DNA of 63,341 bases, counting the filler, from Saprolegnia diclina VS20 (Eukaryota): assembly GCF_000281045.1 (NCBI RefSeq). It is 7 parts of one record of this genome, joined end to end, with 100 filler letters (N's around TTAATTAATTAA, not from the genome) between each part and the next. Parts side by side here need not be neighbours in the genome. Positions count along the whole stretch, not along the records: positions 1 to 28,596 come from NW_008246091.1; 6 more parts are not named here. One strand, written 5' to 3'. This document shows positions 10,419 through 22,734 of this stretch, piece by piece (within the stretch, counting starts at the first letter, position 1; each line of letters begins with the position of its first letter). The position numbers were made by a program, and so were the translations under genes. The notes under the pieces were generated by a model. It was not told where the DNA came from, searched no databases, and worked only from the letters and a program-made list of their open reading frames with translations.

Positions 10419-11418
10419 GAGAAGGTGTACCAGATCGTCTGGTCGGTGGCAAATGCCGGTCTGTAGAAGGGGCCTTTCGAGACAGGACGCTGCATCGTCA
10501 TTGTGCGTGCAACGGAGGCGAACCCGGATGCCTGACAGGGGGTGCCCACATGTTGATATTTCAGCGGACGGCCTGAGATAAAGACCGTAGCATCATTGCA
10601 TGTCCCTAGCAGAGTTGGGGTGGTTATCCGAGACGCGTCGAGCCGAGGGCTACTGCATTGTGCTAAAAAGAGGAGATTGTGGCGTCCGCGTGGCATTCGC
10701 AAAATGTCGGAAACGTTCGTCCCACATTGGAACTAAATGTTCTTTTTGGTGGTGCCGACAACACAGTTTCAAGTCGTTACTGTTGACTCGTGTATACGTT
10801 ACTATATGTAGCAATATCGTTCTTGACAAGTGTCCCGAAGGACGTCTGCCAACGCAGTCATGAAGCCGACTGCAGTCACTACTGCTGTGTTCTACCGCAT
10901 TGGCCACAAACGTTCATGTCCGTTCCTCGTTTTGACGAGCCTTAACTTTGAAGGGTTGACAGCACAACTGCTACGAGCCTGAGGGTTAAAAAAAGACGTT
11001 ATCGTTTCTCTTATTTCTATCAGAAATGGCGTTCGAGCACAAGTATATCAGTATCAAACCGTCAACTGCTACTGCGAACCAGCAGCGATCGACTCTGATG
11101 CTACATCGTTCAAGTACCCAGCCGCTCCACGGAGTCGAACCAACGGTGTCGACCACGACTACAATGTAGTATTCTCCATAGCTCGTCAACTGTTGAGCCG
11201 TGTCGACTCGACCGTAGACCGTTATATAAATGTTAAGCGACTATCGACTAAACTTCAATCTTCAATCTCGCTCCGACAAGCATGACGATCCCTTTTGCAC
11301 GCGTCCGCTCGCACCCATACAACTTGAGGTTACAAACAAGTGGTGCCAACACGACCCCCTTTTCGGAAAACTCCGCGGCCGACCAGATTTGCATCCCAGC
11401 CTGTACGCAACTATCATC

Positions 11419-12372
11419 ATGCTGCTTGGGTCGCTGCGCCGTCGCTGCCTCCACGCCGGTGTGCGCTACCCGCTCGTGCCCTACGTCGCCGACGCTGCCG
11501 CGCTGCGCCTCTCGCCGTCGACCTCGGTCGCGCTCTTTGGCGTCAACCTCGATGCCAACTCGTCCTTCCTGCGTGGCACCGCCGAGTCGCCAGACGCGAT
11601 TCGCCACGCGTTTCTGTCGGACAGCAGCAACGGCGCATCCGAGGCCGGCGTCGACGTCGGGCAGCTGCAGGTGTCGGCCCTTCTCGATCTCGGCAATGTC
11701 GCGCCAGCGTTTGACGTCATCTCGGACGTTGCCGCCGCGGCCACACGCGCCAACCACCGGCTGCTCGTGCTCGGTGGCGACCACAGCATTACATTTCCAG
11801 TGATCCGCGGCCTCCGCGCCGCGCTACTCCAAGCGGGCGAGCGCCGGCTCAACATTCTGCACCTCGACGCCCACAGCGACATGTACGCCGACGACGTGCT
11901 TGGCGGTGAGAACGCGCACTCGCATGCGTCGCCCTTTGCCCGCATCCTCGAAGGCGGTCTCTGCACGCGCTTAGTGCAAGTGGGCATTCGCACGCAGACC
12001 GCGCATCTCCGGGACCAAGCCACAAAGTACGGCGTCGAAGTCCACGAAATGCACGCGATCGCCAAGCACGGGCTGCCGGCACTGGCCTTTGACGGGCCGC
12101 TGTACATCTCGATTGACCTTGACGTCCTCGACCCGGCGTTCGCGCCTGGTGTGAGCCACTACGAGCCCGGCGGTCTATCGACCCGCGACCTGCTCTCGCT
12201 CCTGCAGGACGTTCAGGCGCCGACGGTCGTTGGCGCCGACATTGTCGAGCTCAATGTAGCTCGAGACATTGGCGCGGGCCATGCGTCCGTGACGGGCCAG
12301 ACGTCGCCGGGCATGACCGCCATGGTCGCCGCCAAGTTGATGAAGGAGCTCCTCGCCCGTCTCTGGGCCTAA
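11419..12372 (+). CDS. Arginase/agmatinase (ureohydrolase) family, plant-arginase-like
   Basis: GGDHS, HLDAHSD, SHASPFARI and SIDLDVLDPAFAPGV motifs; Arg-rich N-terminus resembling a mitochondrial presequence. Confidence 0.92.
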   Translation: MLLGSLRRRCLHAGVRYPLVPYVADAAALRLSPSTSVALFGVNLDANSSFLRGTAESPDAIRHAFLSDSSNGASEAGVDVGQLQVSALLDLGNVAPAFDVISDVAAAATRANHRLLVLGGDHSITFPVIRGLRAALLQAGERRLNILHLDAHSDMYADDVLGGENAHSHASPFARILEGGLCTRLVQVGIRTQTAHLRDQATKYGVEVHEMHAIAKHGLPALAFDGPLYISIDLDVLDPAFAPGVSHYEPGGLSTRDLLSLLQDVQAPTVVGADIVELNVARDIGAGHASVTGQTSPGMTAMVAAKLMKELLARLWA

Positions 12373-13302
12373 TTTGTCAGCATTTTTTTCTGCGGTTTGT
12401 GTATAAGAGTGGCAGCACTGCAAGCGTGTCTTTCTGGGAGGTTGAAGGACCTTCATCAGCATGCACAGATGCAACGAGGAGCGGATCCACGAGACGGTGT
12501 GGGAGTTTAGAGAGGAGAGGCAAAGCCCGGCACTGAACCCTTTGCTCTTGTTAGTGTTGACGTTGATGGGGTTTCAGCTCTTGGCCGAGAGAGAATAGGT
12601 CTTATTTGGTGCTACCACCTCAGCGATCCATTCAAGTTGTGATTGCAGCTGCGTTGATATACCACTCTGGGCTTGAGTTTTGTGTGGCCAGGAAGCCGCC
12701 GACGCTGGTCTAGCTCGCCTCGTATGCGTATATCGTGTCTTCCTCATCAAGAGAATCGCAAAGTGAATTATATAGCATTTAAAAGTTGAGACTTTTAGTC
12801 GAGAGATGTCGGATTTTGAGATTGCCGAGCCTCCTCGTTCACTGCTTGTCAAAAGCGCGCGCATGGTGGTGCGGCTTTCTAACGCCACTAACACGTGTTA
12901 TAACCTGCACCCGCCATTTCGAAGGTGAGAGAAATTCTTCAAATAGTGTTAATGTATACCACTGCTAGGCGTGCGTACATGGTCGTAGACTCGCGTCCGG
13001 CCGAGCTGCCTCTGTACCACGTGTATTCAATTCCACTCTTTCAAAGGTCGTCGACACGTCCGCGTACAAATGATATGTGGGCCCGCGATGGTCGGCGCCA
13101 CTTTGCGTCGAATATACACTATTTCCGTGTGCAATGTGGCTAACACGCTTGTTAGAAGGGTGTTACACACAGTTGAATGATAGCCGTTCCGTGTATCCGG
13201 GATTATCCGGATACGGTTGTAATTGACTTGGTGGGGCGCGCGCTGATTGGCTAAAATCCAGCGACTTATCCATTCCCAGCGCCAGAGACGAACGCAACCG
13301 CC

Positions 13303-14422
13303 ATGGCCGACGTGATCGAGTTCGACGCGCCGTCGTACTACGACCTCAACGACACGGACTTTGAGAAGGCGTACATCAACAACGCCGACGGCTACTTTGG
13401 CGACTGCGCCGACGACGCCGAGTTTGACTTCCTCGGCTCCAACCAATCCAGCAGCGAGCTCGCCGACGTCGTGGCCGTCGCCGCAAGCAGCCACGCCGCG
13501 TCCGCCGTCTCGGACGACGACAACGACGACGCCGACGTGGTGAGCAACAACCACAGCAGCAGCCACGGTGGTTCGCAGCGCAACGCCAAGACGCTCGTGC
13601 CCCACTCGCGCAAGCCGCTCACCAAGGTACCTTTGCGCTGCGATATCGCGACGAATGGTTGACCCGCAGCGCGTAGCCGGCCTCGCCGCAACTGCAGACC
13701 GCGCGCAGGGCACAGACCAGCGGCGGCCACCGCAAGGTGTACACGCCGCCCGACACGGACGCGATCGAGATGGCCAAGCAGTTCCATGCGCTGCCGATGC
13801 CCAGCACGCATGCACCGCCTACGATCGCGCCGCGCTTGCTCGAGCGCAAGAAGCCAGCGGCGCCCCGCATTCACCTGCCCATGACGACCGATCGATTCGG
13901 CGCACGCGTGCCGCTGGTCTCGCCGGTCAAGCCGCAGGCCAAGCCGCGCCGGCCGCACGGGCTTTCGGAGGACTTGACGCCGCGCGCCGCCCGCGCCGTG
14001 AGCCAGAGCTCGCCGCGCCCCCAGGAGGTGGCGGGTCCGCGACCAAAGCTCGAAAAGTCCAAGTCGGTCGGGAACGTCATGCTCGAGCCCGACCTCACTG
14101 TGCAGTGCGTCCACCGACAGTAGCCCTCTCTAGGATGCTCAGCCATTCGCATAGGCGGTCCGAGGAGCGAGCAAGAAAGCGGCAGGAGCTCGAGCTGCGG
14201 CGCCGGCAGCTTTTAGCCGAGCGCGAGGCGCTCAAGCAAGCAGAAGAAGCAAAGCGTGCCGAGGACGCGGTCGCGCGCGAGCGTGAGCTCCGGCTGCAGC
14301 AGTCGTTCAAGGCCAAGCCCGTGCGGCGACCCAAGGAGCCGTTCCGGATCGCGCCATCGTCGCGCGAGCTCACGATGCCCAAGTCCCCGAAATGCCTGCG
14401 TCCCAAAGGCGCCTTGTACTAA
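13303..14422 (+). CDS. TPX2: TPX2-like spindle assembly factor; exons 13303-13626, 13677-14104, 14155-14422
   Basis: N-terminal EFDAPSYYDL...DGYF (Aurora-binding-like); spliced KPLTKPASPQLQTARRA motif; C-terminal coiled coil then FKAKPVRRPKEPF...LTMPKSP (TPX2 C-terminal domain). Two 50-nt GT-AG introns restore the frame. Confidence 0.8.
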
Positions 14423-15083
14423 ATCGTGTCCAGATAACTAAAACACCAACCTACTAACTACACCGCCCGCCGCGCCTCGACTACATACACTGCGTTTCGA
14501 TCAGAACACACGCTAGCGTATACGGCGACAACCCTTGGCATGGTGGGCAACGAACAAAATGCCAAGAAGGAAGACGTAGGGAATCAAGAGGCTGGATGCT
14601 GATGGCGCCTCCTACAGCTGTGCCAGTTGTACTCCTATTGACTCTGAGCAATTCTCAGCTCCCACGCCGTTCATCCGCGCCCTCTAACCGGTCTTGCGCG
14701 CTTGCGTCTTTGGCTTGAAGGCAGTAACCGAGTGTCCGACCGACGTTGACGCCCTTCCCGTTGCTGCGATCAAGGCTGCTACCATCCCACGACTGCATGT
14801 CCGACACTTGGCTCGTCGCGCCGTGGTGCCATCGCTAGCCGAGTTGCACATCGCTCTCGGCGCCGACCCTTGATGTACTCGCTACCTCATTCCCCACTCA
14901 ATCCCGAGCCAAAGCGCCCTCTTCTTACTATGTCCTAGCCCACCACGCAAGGGACCTGTTCACTCCTTTCAACAATCACATTGAAGTATGAATAGCATGC
15001 AACCGTCTGGAGACTCTTCTAGCCAGGCAGCGGTTGAGCTATAAATACAAAGCGCGCGCCAACACCCAAGCACACACCGAGCG

Positions 15084-17147
15084 ATGACCAAGTTTCACTC
15101 GCCGCGGCCGCACCAGACCAACCACCGGCACCCGTCGCACGGGCCTGAGCTCTCGATCGTGTACATCTCCAAGTGGATTCGCATCACGAGCAACTTTATC
15201 GCGGGCGGCATGATCGTCGGGACGGCCGTCATCGTCGCCTTCCTTCTCTGGAAGGGCATGTTCCAGAGCCAGTATGTCATTGCTTATCCGCAGTCGTCGA
15301 CCGACTCGGCGTGGACGCCGTTCGCGACGTCGTGTGTGCTCGACGTCAACGGCTGGGTGCCCTTCTCGTGCAAGGACTCGGAAGTGGCGTTGACGGGCCC
15401 GCTGCCGTGGGCCAGCCTCGGCGCTCAGTTAGCCACGACGCTTCAGCTCACGCCGCACCCGACGGGCAATCTCTCGAGCAGTGCGCTTATCACTACTTGC
15501 CTCGTCGGGCTCGATCGGTCGCGGGTCGCGGTCGTCCTCTTTGCGAGCCACCCGAGTGACGGGTACGCCGCGTGCATTCCGAGTAGCGGCCAGCCAATGA
15601 CTGGCATGTTTGTCCTCGAGACGGCAACGACGGACGGGTACCCCAACGGCGTCTTTCTACTAAGTTCGTGGACCGACTTGAAGCTCGCGCCGCTTTCCGT
15701 GTTACTGCAGACCGACGGAACGTCCATACCGATCGTCCCGTTTCTCAAGACGTTTATTGCCATCGACGGCACCGCGGTGAGCGCGCCCCCCGATACCGTC
15801 AACTACTATACCCAAGTCAACAGTCTCAACCGACGCTACCTCATGTGGGCGACCTCGAACGTGCACATCATCGCGATCGCCAACCCCAAAGGCTACTCGG
15901 GCTGGAGCTACGGCAAGTACTCGCGCTACATTGGCACGATCGGCTGGGTACAGGTGCACACGGTCGACAACCATTTCGAACTGCTCTACTTTCAGATTGC
16001 GATCACGTTCATCTCGCTCGCTGTCCTGGCGAATGATGCGTACGTGACGTTCCAAGGCGCGTCGGGACTGCTGAAGAACAAGCCCGTGCTCACTTATGAC
16101 ATTTTCTCGGGGCTCGAGCGCAGGAAGCTGCTTCTGTGCGCGCTGGTTGCGACCATGTGCTACTCGCCGCTGTACGCCGATGTGCTCCGGTACCTCTACA
16201 ACATGGAGGGCTTTGGCGACCTCTACTGGTCGTTGTCCCTCGAGATGATCTCGGCCATGTTTGCCTTCTCCTGGATCGCGTTTCTGAGTTGCTGGCAGCA
16301 CCTGCCGTGCCCGGCGGTCCTCCGGCATAAACCGCTCTCGTACTCGGGCCCGATTTACGTCTACTCGTCGCTCTTTATTTTTCTTCTACTGGCGACCATT
16401 CGAACCCGCGGGCGCGTCGAGGCCGCTGCCTTCTGGACCGACGCCGATGCCCTCTTGACGATCTCGGTCAACGGAACTCCGACGCTCGCGGGGTCGTATA
16501 CGGCCGATGGCACAGTCCCAGTCGTCGACAAGCTCATGATTGACGTCGCGATCACAAATTTTAGCGCGTTTGCGATCTCAATTTTGGCGAATAAGCTCCT
16601 CCTCGGCTACATGTATTTGGACACGCGCTGGACGCAGAAGAACGAGTTTCTCAAGATGATCGACACGCCCGTGCCGCAGTGGGTCACATGCATGGACCTC
16701 GACGTGAAGAATGCAATTGTGATTGGCGACAAGCTCTACTGCAAACCGAGCATGCTCGCGCTCCTCGGGTTTTGCACGGTGCTCGTCCAAACAAAGTACA
16801 CGCCAACGGCCGGCGTCGTCGTCGCGCCCGCAAGCTCCCGCCTCTCGCACATCGTCAACACTGCGCGCAGCGCGATGCCCAACTCGGCACGAAAAGGCGA
16901 CTCAGGCACGGCCAGTGGCACCGACACGCGCGGGTCGGTGCGGATCGAGACGACCAAGAAGCCAGCGCCGCAGCCATACCAAGTCATTAGCATCTACGGT
17001 CTCCTGCCGGCCATTATGATGTCCAAGGTCTACGTACCCCACCTCCTCGGAACGATCGAGCACAATGCGTTCGCGCCGGCCAAGAGCGCGACGCGCCTCG
17101 AAAAGAACGTGCCGTATGTCTACTCGCGCGGCGACTGCTGCGGCTAA
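15084..17147 (+). CDS. Multi-pass membrane protein of unknown function, 687 aa
   Basis: Long codon-biased ORF with an N-terminal TM, a Cys-containing ectodomain and about six further hydrophobic segments. Confidence 0.85.
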   Translation: MTKFHSPRPHQTNHRHPSHGPELSIVYISKWIRITSNFIAGGMIVGTAVIVAFLLWKGMFQSQYVIAYPQSSTDSAWTPFATSCVLDVNGWVPFSCKDSEVALTGPLPWASLGAQLATTLQLTPHPTGNLSSSALITTCLVGLDRSRVAVVLFASHPSDGYAACIPSSGQPMTGMFVLETATTDGYPNGVFLLSSWTDLKLAPLSVLLQTDGTSIPIVPFLKTFIAIDGTAVSAPPDTVNYYTQVNSLNRRYLMWATSNVHIIAIANPKGYSGWSYGKYSRYIGTIGWVQVHTVDNHFELLYFQIAITFISLAVLANDAYVTFQGASGLLKNKPVLTYDIFSGLERRKLLLCALVATMCYSPLYADVLRYLYNMEGFGDLYWSLSLEMISAMFAFSWIAFLSCWQHLPCPAVLRHKPLSYSGPIYVYSSLFIFLLLATIRTRGRVEAAAFWTDADALLTISVNGTPTLAGSYTADGTVPVVDKLMIDVAITNFSAFAISILANKLLLGYMYLDTRWTQKNEFLKMIDTPVPQWVTCMDLDVKNAIVIGDKLYCKPSMLALLGFCTVLVQTKYTPTAGVVVAPASSRLSHIVNTARSAMPNSARKGDSGTASGTDTRGSVRIETTKKPAPQPYQVISIYGLLPAIMMSKVYVPHLLGTIEHNAFAPAKSATRLEKNVPYVYSRGDCCG

Positions 17148-17762
17148 ATCGCGATAGCGTACTAGGTTATGCTTGCTAATATATACAAATTTGCCAACAA
17201 GCAAGGTCTTCCTCATAGTACACCACACCATGCCAGCTTACACCAAGGCGCTGGCTTTTGGCGCCAACGCTGTGGTTTTAGCCCACCTACGTTTCTTCTC
17301 TACACCCCCTACCTGCTCCGCCAATCCAAATGCAGTCTCATCCCCAGTACCCTCTTATTTCGATGCGGGGTCCTCTCCAACTATAATAAAACATTGCCAA
17401 TGAAATATCCTGTGGTTTGTATACTCGTCCACGTATTTCAAACCCTGGCGGCTTGCAAATCACACTATTTCAGGCACGCCGCTTGTCCGTGGCCGGCATG
17501 TCCCTCCCGCGTCCTTGCTCGTCCAAGCACTCGATTGCATCAAATACATACAACCTTCTCGACCCAGGAAGAGCGCGCCATTCTGCCCGCGGTCGTCGAT
17601 GCAAGCGCGGAAGCAGTATGGCACGTAAATAGTGTAGTCACACTAATACATCTCGACAAATTACTGGTCGCGGGAATGCATTGGCTGCGAAGCACTCAGA
17701 TCACATTGCCTTTTTGGTGCTCAGTGAAGATCCGCTTTTGCCGGCTAAGCTAAGAATCCGAT

Positions 17763-18176
17763 ATGTTGGTCCCGAAAAAGAACCGTATTGCCGTCTACTC
17801 GTACCTCTTCAAGGAGGGCGTCATGGTCGGCAAGAAGGACTTCGCGCTCCCCAAGCACGGCGAGGTTGACGTGCCCAACCTCCAGGTCATCAAGCTCATG
17901 CAGTCGCTCGTCTCGCGCGGCTACGTCAAGGAGACGTTCAACTGGCAGTGGTACTACTGGTACTTGACGGCCGAGGGCCTCGAGTACCTCCGCGCGTACC
18001 TCCACTTGCCGGCTGAGATCGTCCCCGCGACGCTCAAGAAGCCCGCTGCCCGCCCGTCGCGCCCCCAGGCGCCGTCGGCGTACGGCCGCAAGGACAAGAA
18101 CATGGGCCCGTCGGGTGACTTCAACCCCGAGTTCCGTGGTCGCCAGGACGGCTACCGCCGCGAAGCCGCCAACTAA
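17763..18176 (+). CDS. RPS10: 40S ribosomal protein S10 (eS10)
   Basis: [20 protein letters not shown]...VPNLQVIK...[19 protein letters not shown]...VPATLK. Confidence 0.97.
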   Translation: MLVPKKNRIAVYSYLFKEGVMVGKKDFALPKHGEVDVPNLQVIKLMQSLVSRGYVKETFNWQWYYWYLTAEGLEYLRAYLHLPAEIVPATLKKPAARPSRPQAPSAYGRKDKNMGPSGDFNPEFRGRQDGYRREAAN

Positions 18177-19399
18177 GCGCTCTTCTTGACCGTGGAAACG
18201 TAATATCATGTCGGATTCGACTTGCCATCCATGTGTCTTGCTTGCGCTTTTGCTACAGGTCGTAGACTGCCAGCGACGGAGCGACTTGGCTTGCCCGTGT
18301 CGGAGACGTGCAATGAGATGCAGCCATGTCGGTAGAACCAGCGCAGGCAGAGGTCCGCAACCACACAAGCACCCGTCAAACAAGCCGCCGTGGCCGCGCA
18401 TAGCGAGCGATTCTCAGACCTCGGACAGCGCCGCAGTTGAAGAGCTTCCTCCACGTGGGTCGTGTACGTGGCCTGGAGCGCTGCCTTGGTGTTCACCTTG
18501 TACATTCCGCCACGCGTTCACCTTGTACATTTCGTCATGCAGCAGCTAACGCAGCTCACAAGTCCTCGAGCTGCTGCTGGCTCCAGCGCCTTGCATGGGT
18601 TTTGGCTTTTCCCACGATACCTGGCAGCGTCCATAGGTTGATCGATCGGTACAAGGCGCTCCTTGCTCCTGCACAAGTGGTGCTGACAATACCGGTACTA
18701 GTGCGCCAAAGTCCAACCAAGACGGTGTCATGAACTAGCCAACTGACGACGTTGAGCGTGACTCGATGACTGGCAACGAACCATTCGCCTCGACCGTGCA
18801 TGCGGCCAAGACGCGCACTAGACGCGGCGTCGATGGCCACTTGAGAGCATTTGCAATAAGTCCGTCAGGCCAGAGCGACTCAGGAACGCACCACCTCGCG
18901 CGTCTGAGCACCATGTAGTTGGCGGCGACGGCAGTATAAGCTTATCTCGTTTTGATAGCCAACAGCTCGGCGTAGTACTGTCTAGGTACATGATGACGGG
19001 CCACGAGCAGCGCTGGGCCAAGCCATGGCGATCTGGGAGCTTGCGCAAGCCCAAGCTGCGTCGACTTGGGTTGGACAAGATCTGCCATCGACCTTGGTCA
19101 TCGACGACGAGGATTGGCCAGTCCACCACCGGTCCCGAGCTCATCTCCACTTGGTTCATATGCCTCGTGCGTGGCGTCAATGCCGGATGCGCTGTCCTCA
19201 ATGCGCAAATGCACTCTCAAGTCTACTAAGTCCTGAGGTAGTTAGGTGGAAGATCAAGTGTTGAAGCCAAAACAGGACCATTTGATATTAGACGACGATT
19301 CGCACGACGTAGTTGATCATCAGACCCAGTATTGTGTCTCGAAGACAAGCAGCAGCGACGAGAGGAAGCGGCACCGAGCGAGACTCAGCAGCGACCTGT

Positions 19400-20017
19400 T
19401 TAACGGTAGCGGCGGAGCGACGTGGTGTTGCGGCGCTTCCAGTTGGCACGGCGCGACGAGCCCTGGATCTTGTTGGCCTTGTGGCCACGCTGGCGGAGGC
19501 CACGGGCCTGGCGGCCAGCCGACGTAAGGCCACGCTTTTCGCGGCGCTTGTGGACGGCGTTGACGATCCAGTTGATGCGGGCATCGCGGCGGATGACCTT
19601 GTGCGAGTGGTCGACGAGGATGATCTCGAAGTACTTGTACGTCGCGTCCTGGTTGACCCAGTACGAGTTGAGCACGCGCAAGTTGGTGAAGCGGGCACCG
19701 GCACGCTCCTCAGCCACCGAGCGGAGGTTGCGGGCGAACTTGAGCTCGTTGATACCGTGGTGCTTCGGCTTACCGTAGACGATACCCTTCGAGTTGGGGC
19801 GCTTGCGGCCACCGCGGCGGACGGCGACGCGGACAGCGACGTAGCCCTGCTTGGCCTTGTAGCCGAGGCGGCGAGCCTTGTCGAGGCGCGACGGGCGGAC
19901 GAGGCGGTACACGACCGGGAGCTGGCGGTACTGCCAGGCGCGGACGCGGTTCAGGAAGCGGAGGACATCCGACTGCTTGCGCTTCCAGAGCTCGGTCATG
20001 TACTTGTAGGCACCCAT
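19400..20017 (-). CDS. RPL15: 60S ribosomal protein L15 (eL15)
   Basis: [22 protein letters not shown]...[14 protein letters not shown]...[16 protein letters not shown]...LRRYR. Confidence 0.98.
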   Translation of the reverse strand: MGAYKYMTELWKRKQSDVLRFLNRVRAWQYRQLPVVYRLVRPSRLDKARRLGYKAKQGYVAVRVAVRRGGRKRPNSKGIVYGKPKHHGINELKFARNLRSVAEERAGARFTNLRVLNSYWVNQDATYKYFEIILVDHSHKVIRRDARINWIVNAVHKRREKRGLTSAGRQARGLRQRGHKANKIQGSSRRANWKRRNTTSLRRYR

Positions 20018-21043
20018 CTTGTCTTTGTTTTGGCTAAAACGATAGTGAGCCCAAGCTTGAGCAGCGGTGGCAAATTGGCTGGTGCGGGAGCCGGCTGGGC
20101 TCGCTTTTTTAAATGTTTTATGTTGCATACAAACATCGAGTACAGCTTGCGAGTTTTTAAGCTGGGGTGGCAGGCCGCACGCCGATTGGCCGTCTTGAAA
20201 GCCAATCATGTGTCGCCAACGACGACGATTGGCCAAAATGCGACCGTTCAACCGATTGGGACAGACACGCTAGACAGGCCGTCGTGCAGCGGCGAGCGAC
20301 CCGAGGTTGACAGCGCTGCTTCTCTGGTGCGCTAGGGTACCGAGCGGTGAACGCGCGGCAATAGGCTTGGCACCGAATGCTGGCGCCTGCTCATTTGCTC
20401 TGCAGCTTGGCCACGTTGGTATTTCTTATTGACGATCAACGCCGTCTCTAATCACTACAGGCATGCTGAGGCTCGAAGAAGCATGGCGTTTGGCGACAAC
20501 GCCTGACATTTGCATGGCCATGAAGGTGGGCCTTCATGATGCGCGCTCTAGTTGCTTGGGCTAGCACCTACATTGCGACCACGTCCGCGAATGCCTGATC
20601 CAGAGTACTACTCTGTCGACTCAGCGCTGTACGAGGCGCCGAGAACGGACGTTTGCCGAGGCAGCGAGCTGCTCCTTGTCGCCGCCATTTGCAAGGCAGC
20701 TTCCGTCGGCATGGACGTCCTTGGCGAGTTCGAGACGCGGAGGTTACCTGCCAGCGTCGGCAGGAGTCCGTGCGGTGGCAACCTGCACTTCTGATGCCCG
20801 CCAGCTCTGCAGCGCAGCAGAGCTATTGATCTGTACAAGGTTCACGGCTACGAGAGACTTAGTATTCAACAGCGCGAGCGACCGGTGGCGACAAGAAGGC
20901 CGTGCGCACGTCCAAGCCCGCCCCCTCTGGCACGGCCATCGTAGTTCCGACTGCATGTTGGCGACAACCAAGGCGTGTATGATGGATCGGTATGTCGATG
21001 ATCGTATTTTAACTTATGAAGAAACCTACTGCTAGCAAGTCCT

Positions 21044-21670
21044 TTACAACTTCAAGATGCCGTGGTTGGGCATGTACTTCTCGTGGTTGCCGTCAAGGGC
21101 GAGGACGCCCTCCGAGCGGAGCTTGGCGTACACATCACGTTCGTACTTGGTGAAGCCCCACTTCTTGGAGCCAAGCACCTTCTGGCGACCCGGGAACTTG
21201 AACTTGGCGCGGCGAAGGGCCTCGACGACGGCGGGGCCGAACGAGTCCTTGGAGCGCACCGAGATAATCGGCTGGCCAATGGCGACGCGAGCGGCAACGC
21301 CCGTGGGCTTGCCGTAAGCGTGACGCATACCGGTCTGGAGACGATCGGCACCGGCGCACGAAAGCATCTTGTTGATACGCAAGACCTGGAACGGGTGGCA
21401 GCGGATGCGCATGTGGAAGTTGTCCTTGCCGCAGTACTTGGTGAGGTAGCGGTTGGCCGAAATGCGGGCGGCTTCAAGCGCCTCCGACGAGAGCTGTTCC
21501 TTCTCGTCCGAGACCAAGTGGCACACGAACGGGAACGTGTCGACCGACGCCTTCTTGTTACCGACATCGTAGATGCGGATCTTCGGGTCCGGCACACCGC
21601 GGCAGTAGCGGGACTTGATGAACGGCTTCTTGTTCTGGAAACGGTAGCACTTGGCAGGACGGCGACCCAT
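21044..21670 (-). CDS. RPL10: 60S ribosomal protein L10 (uL16/QM)
   Basis: [17 protein letters not shown]...[19 protein letters not shown]...[10 protein letters not shown]. Confidence 0.98.
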   Translation of the reverse strand: MGRRPAKCYRFQNKKPFIKSRYCRGVPDPKIRIYDVGNKKASVDTFPFVCHLVSDEKEQLSSEALEAARISANRYLTKYCGKDNFHMRIRCHPFQVLRINKMLSCAGADRLQTGMRHAYGKPTGVAARVAIGQPIISVRSKDSFGPAVVEALRRAKFKFPGRQKVLGSKKWGFTKYERDVYAKLRSEGVLALDGNHEKYMPNHGILKL

Positions 21671-22734
21671 GGTGACTTGGTAGAGCAAATACGATACTGA
21701 GTGGCGGCGGCGACGCTCGAGCTGCGGACCAACCAATATGCTCACCGACCTCTACAAGCTAATGCAGCCACGCCACCAAAATATCGAACCCGAGAGGTGC
21801 AAATTTCGATCCGCCAATCAGATCGCAGTCGGAGCTATTTTTTTACCTGCAGACCTACCCCGCACGGTATAGTGAACGCGTGATGTGGTCGCATTAAATG
21901 TATGATATAGAAATAGACGCATGGATATAGTAAAATGCAGTACAACTCTAATTCTGTACTATAAAAATAGTGGCCTTGTTTTTTTAAACGATCGGCAAAC
22001 CATACAAACACCAAGACGATGGCCATCGAACGTGGCAGCACGAGCGTCGGTCCCGAATTCTTGGCGCGCCAACGAAGTCGCGAAGACAAAGAAGGTCGGG
22101 CTCGTATTGCCACCGAAAGCCCCCTTATGAGATAACGTGCTATGCCGCCGAGCTTTGGGAGAAGGCGCGGGGATATATATGTGGGACAGGGTACTTGCCT
22201 TCGAGCAGGGCGACGAGGTCCGAGGGGAATAGCCCACAATAGCAGCATCGGATACCTTTTCTAAACCTTTCGGAGGATGCTGTGGCCGATATAAGAGCAT
22301 TGGCTTGAGATGCGACGTCGCTATGGAGCAGACGTAGAAGCGCAACCAACAAATGGAGCTGACGACGTGCGACTTGACGCTATGGAGCAGCGCTCGACAA
22401 GATGCACTTGCAACACCAACAACCAACGACCAAAGCTATCCAAAGTCTCACCAAGGGAGCTACTTTGCAGCAGGCCATTTTGCTTACAGGCGCTCGTAGC
22501 TAAGATATGAGAGCGACCAAGTACCGACAGGGGTGCTTGGACGAGCGGGACGATGACGGGAGCTCAGCGAGTGGATCTGGCAGTCGTCCGAGCAGCGGGA
22601 TGCATCTGTTGTTTATCCTGGTCAGGGCGAATGCTGTCGACGACGAGCACGGACATGGCCACGTTGAACGAGTGACAATGACACGCGACTGGATTCGGCG
22701 GCTCAGGCCAATAAGATACTAAACTACACTAAGA

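Noticed and set aside
18180..19390. Possible snoRNA or tRNA genes between ribosomal protein genes; 16-bp direct repeat at ~18491 and ~18516
   Set aside because: No convincing C/D box pair with terminal stem or cloverleaf found; the short repeat looks like a local slippage duplication.
19313..20335. Long antisense or alternative-frame ORFs (340 aa here; also over GH28, GH17, RPL10, Sel1 and ABCC genes)
   Set aside because: Expected shadow ORFs from high-GC3 codon usage opposite real genes.
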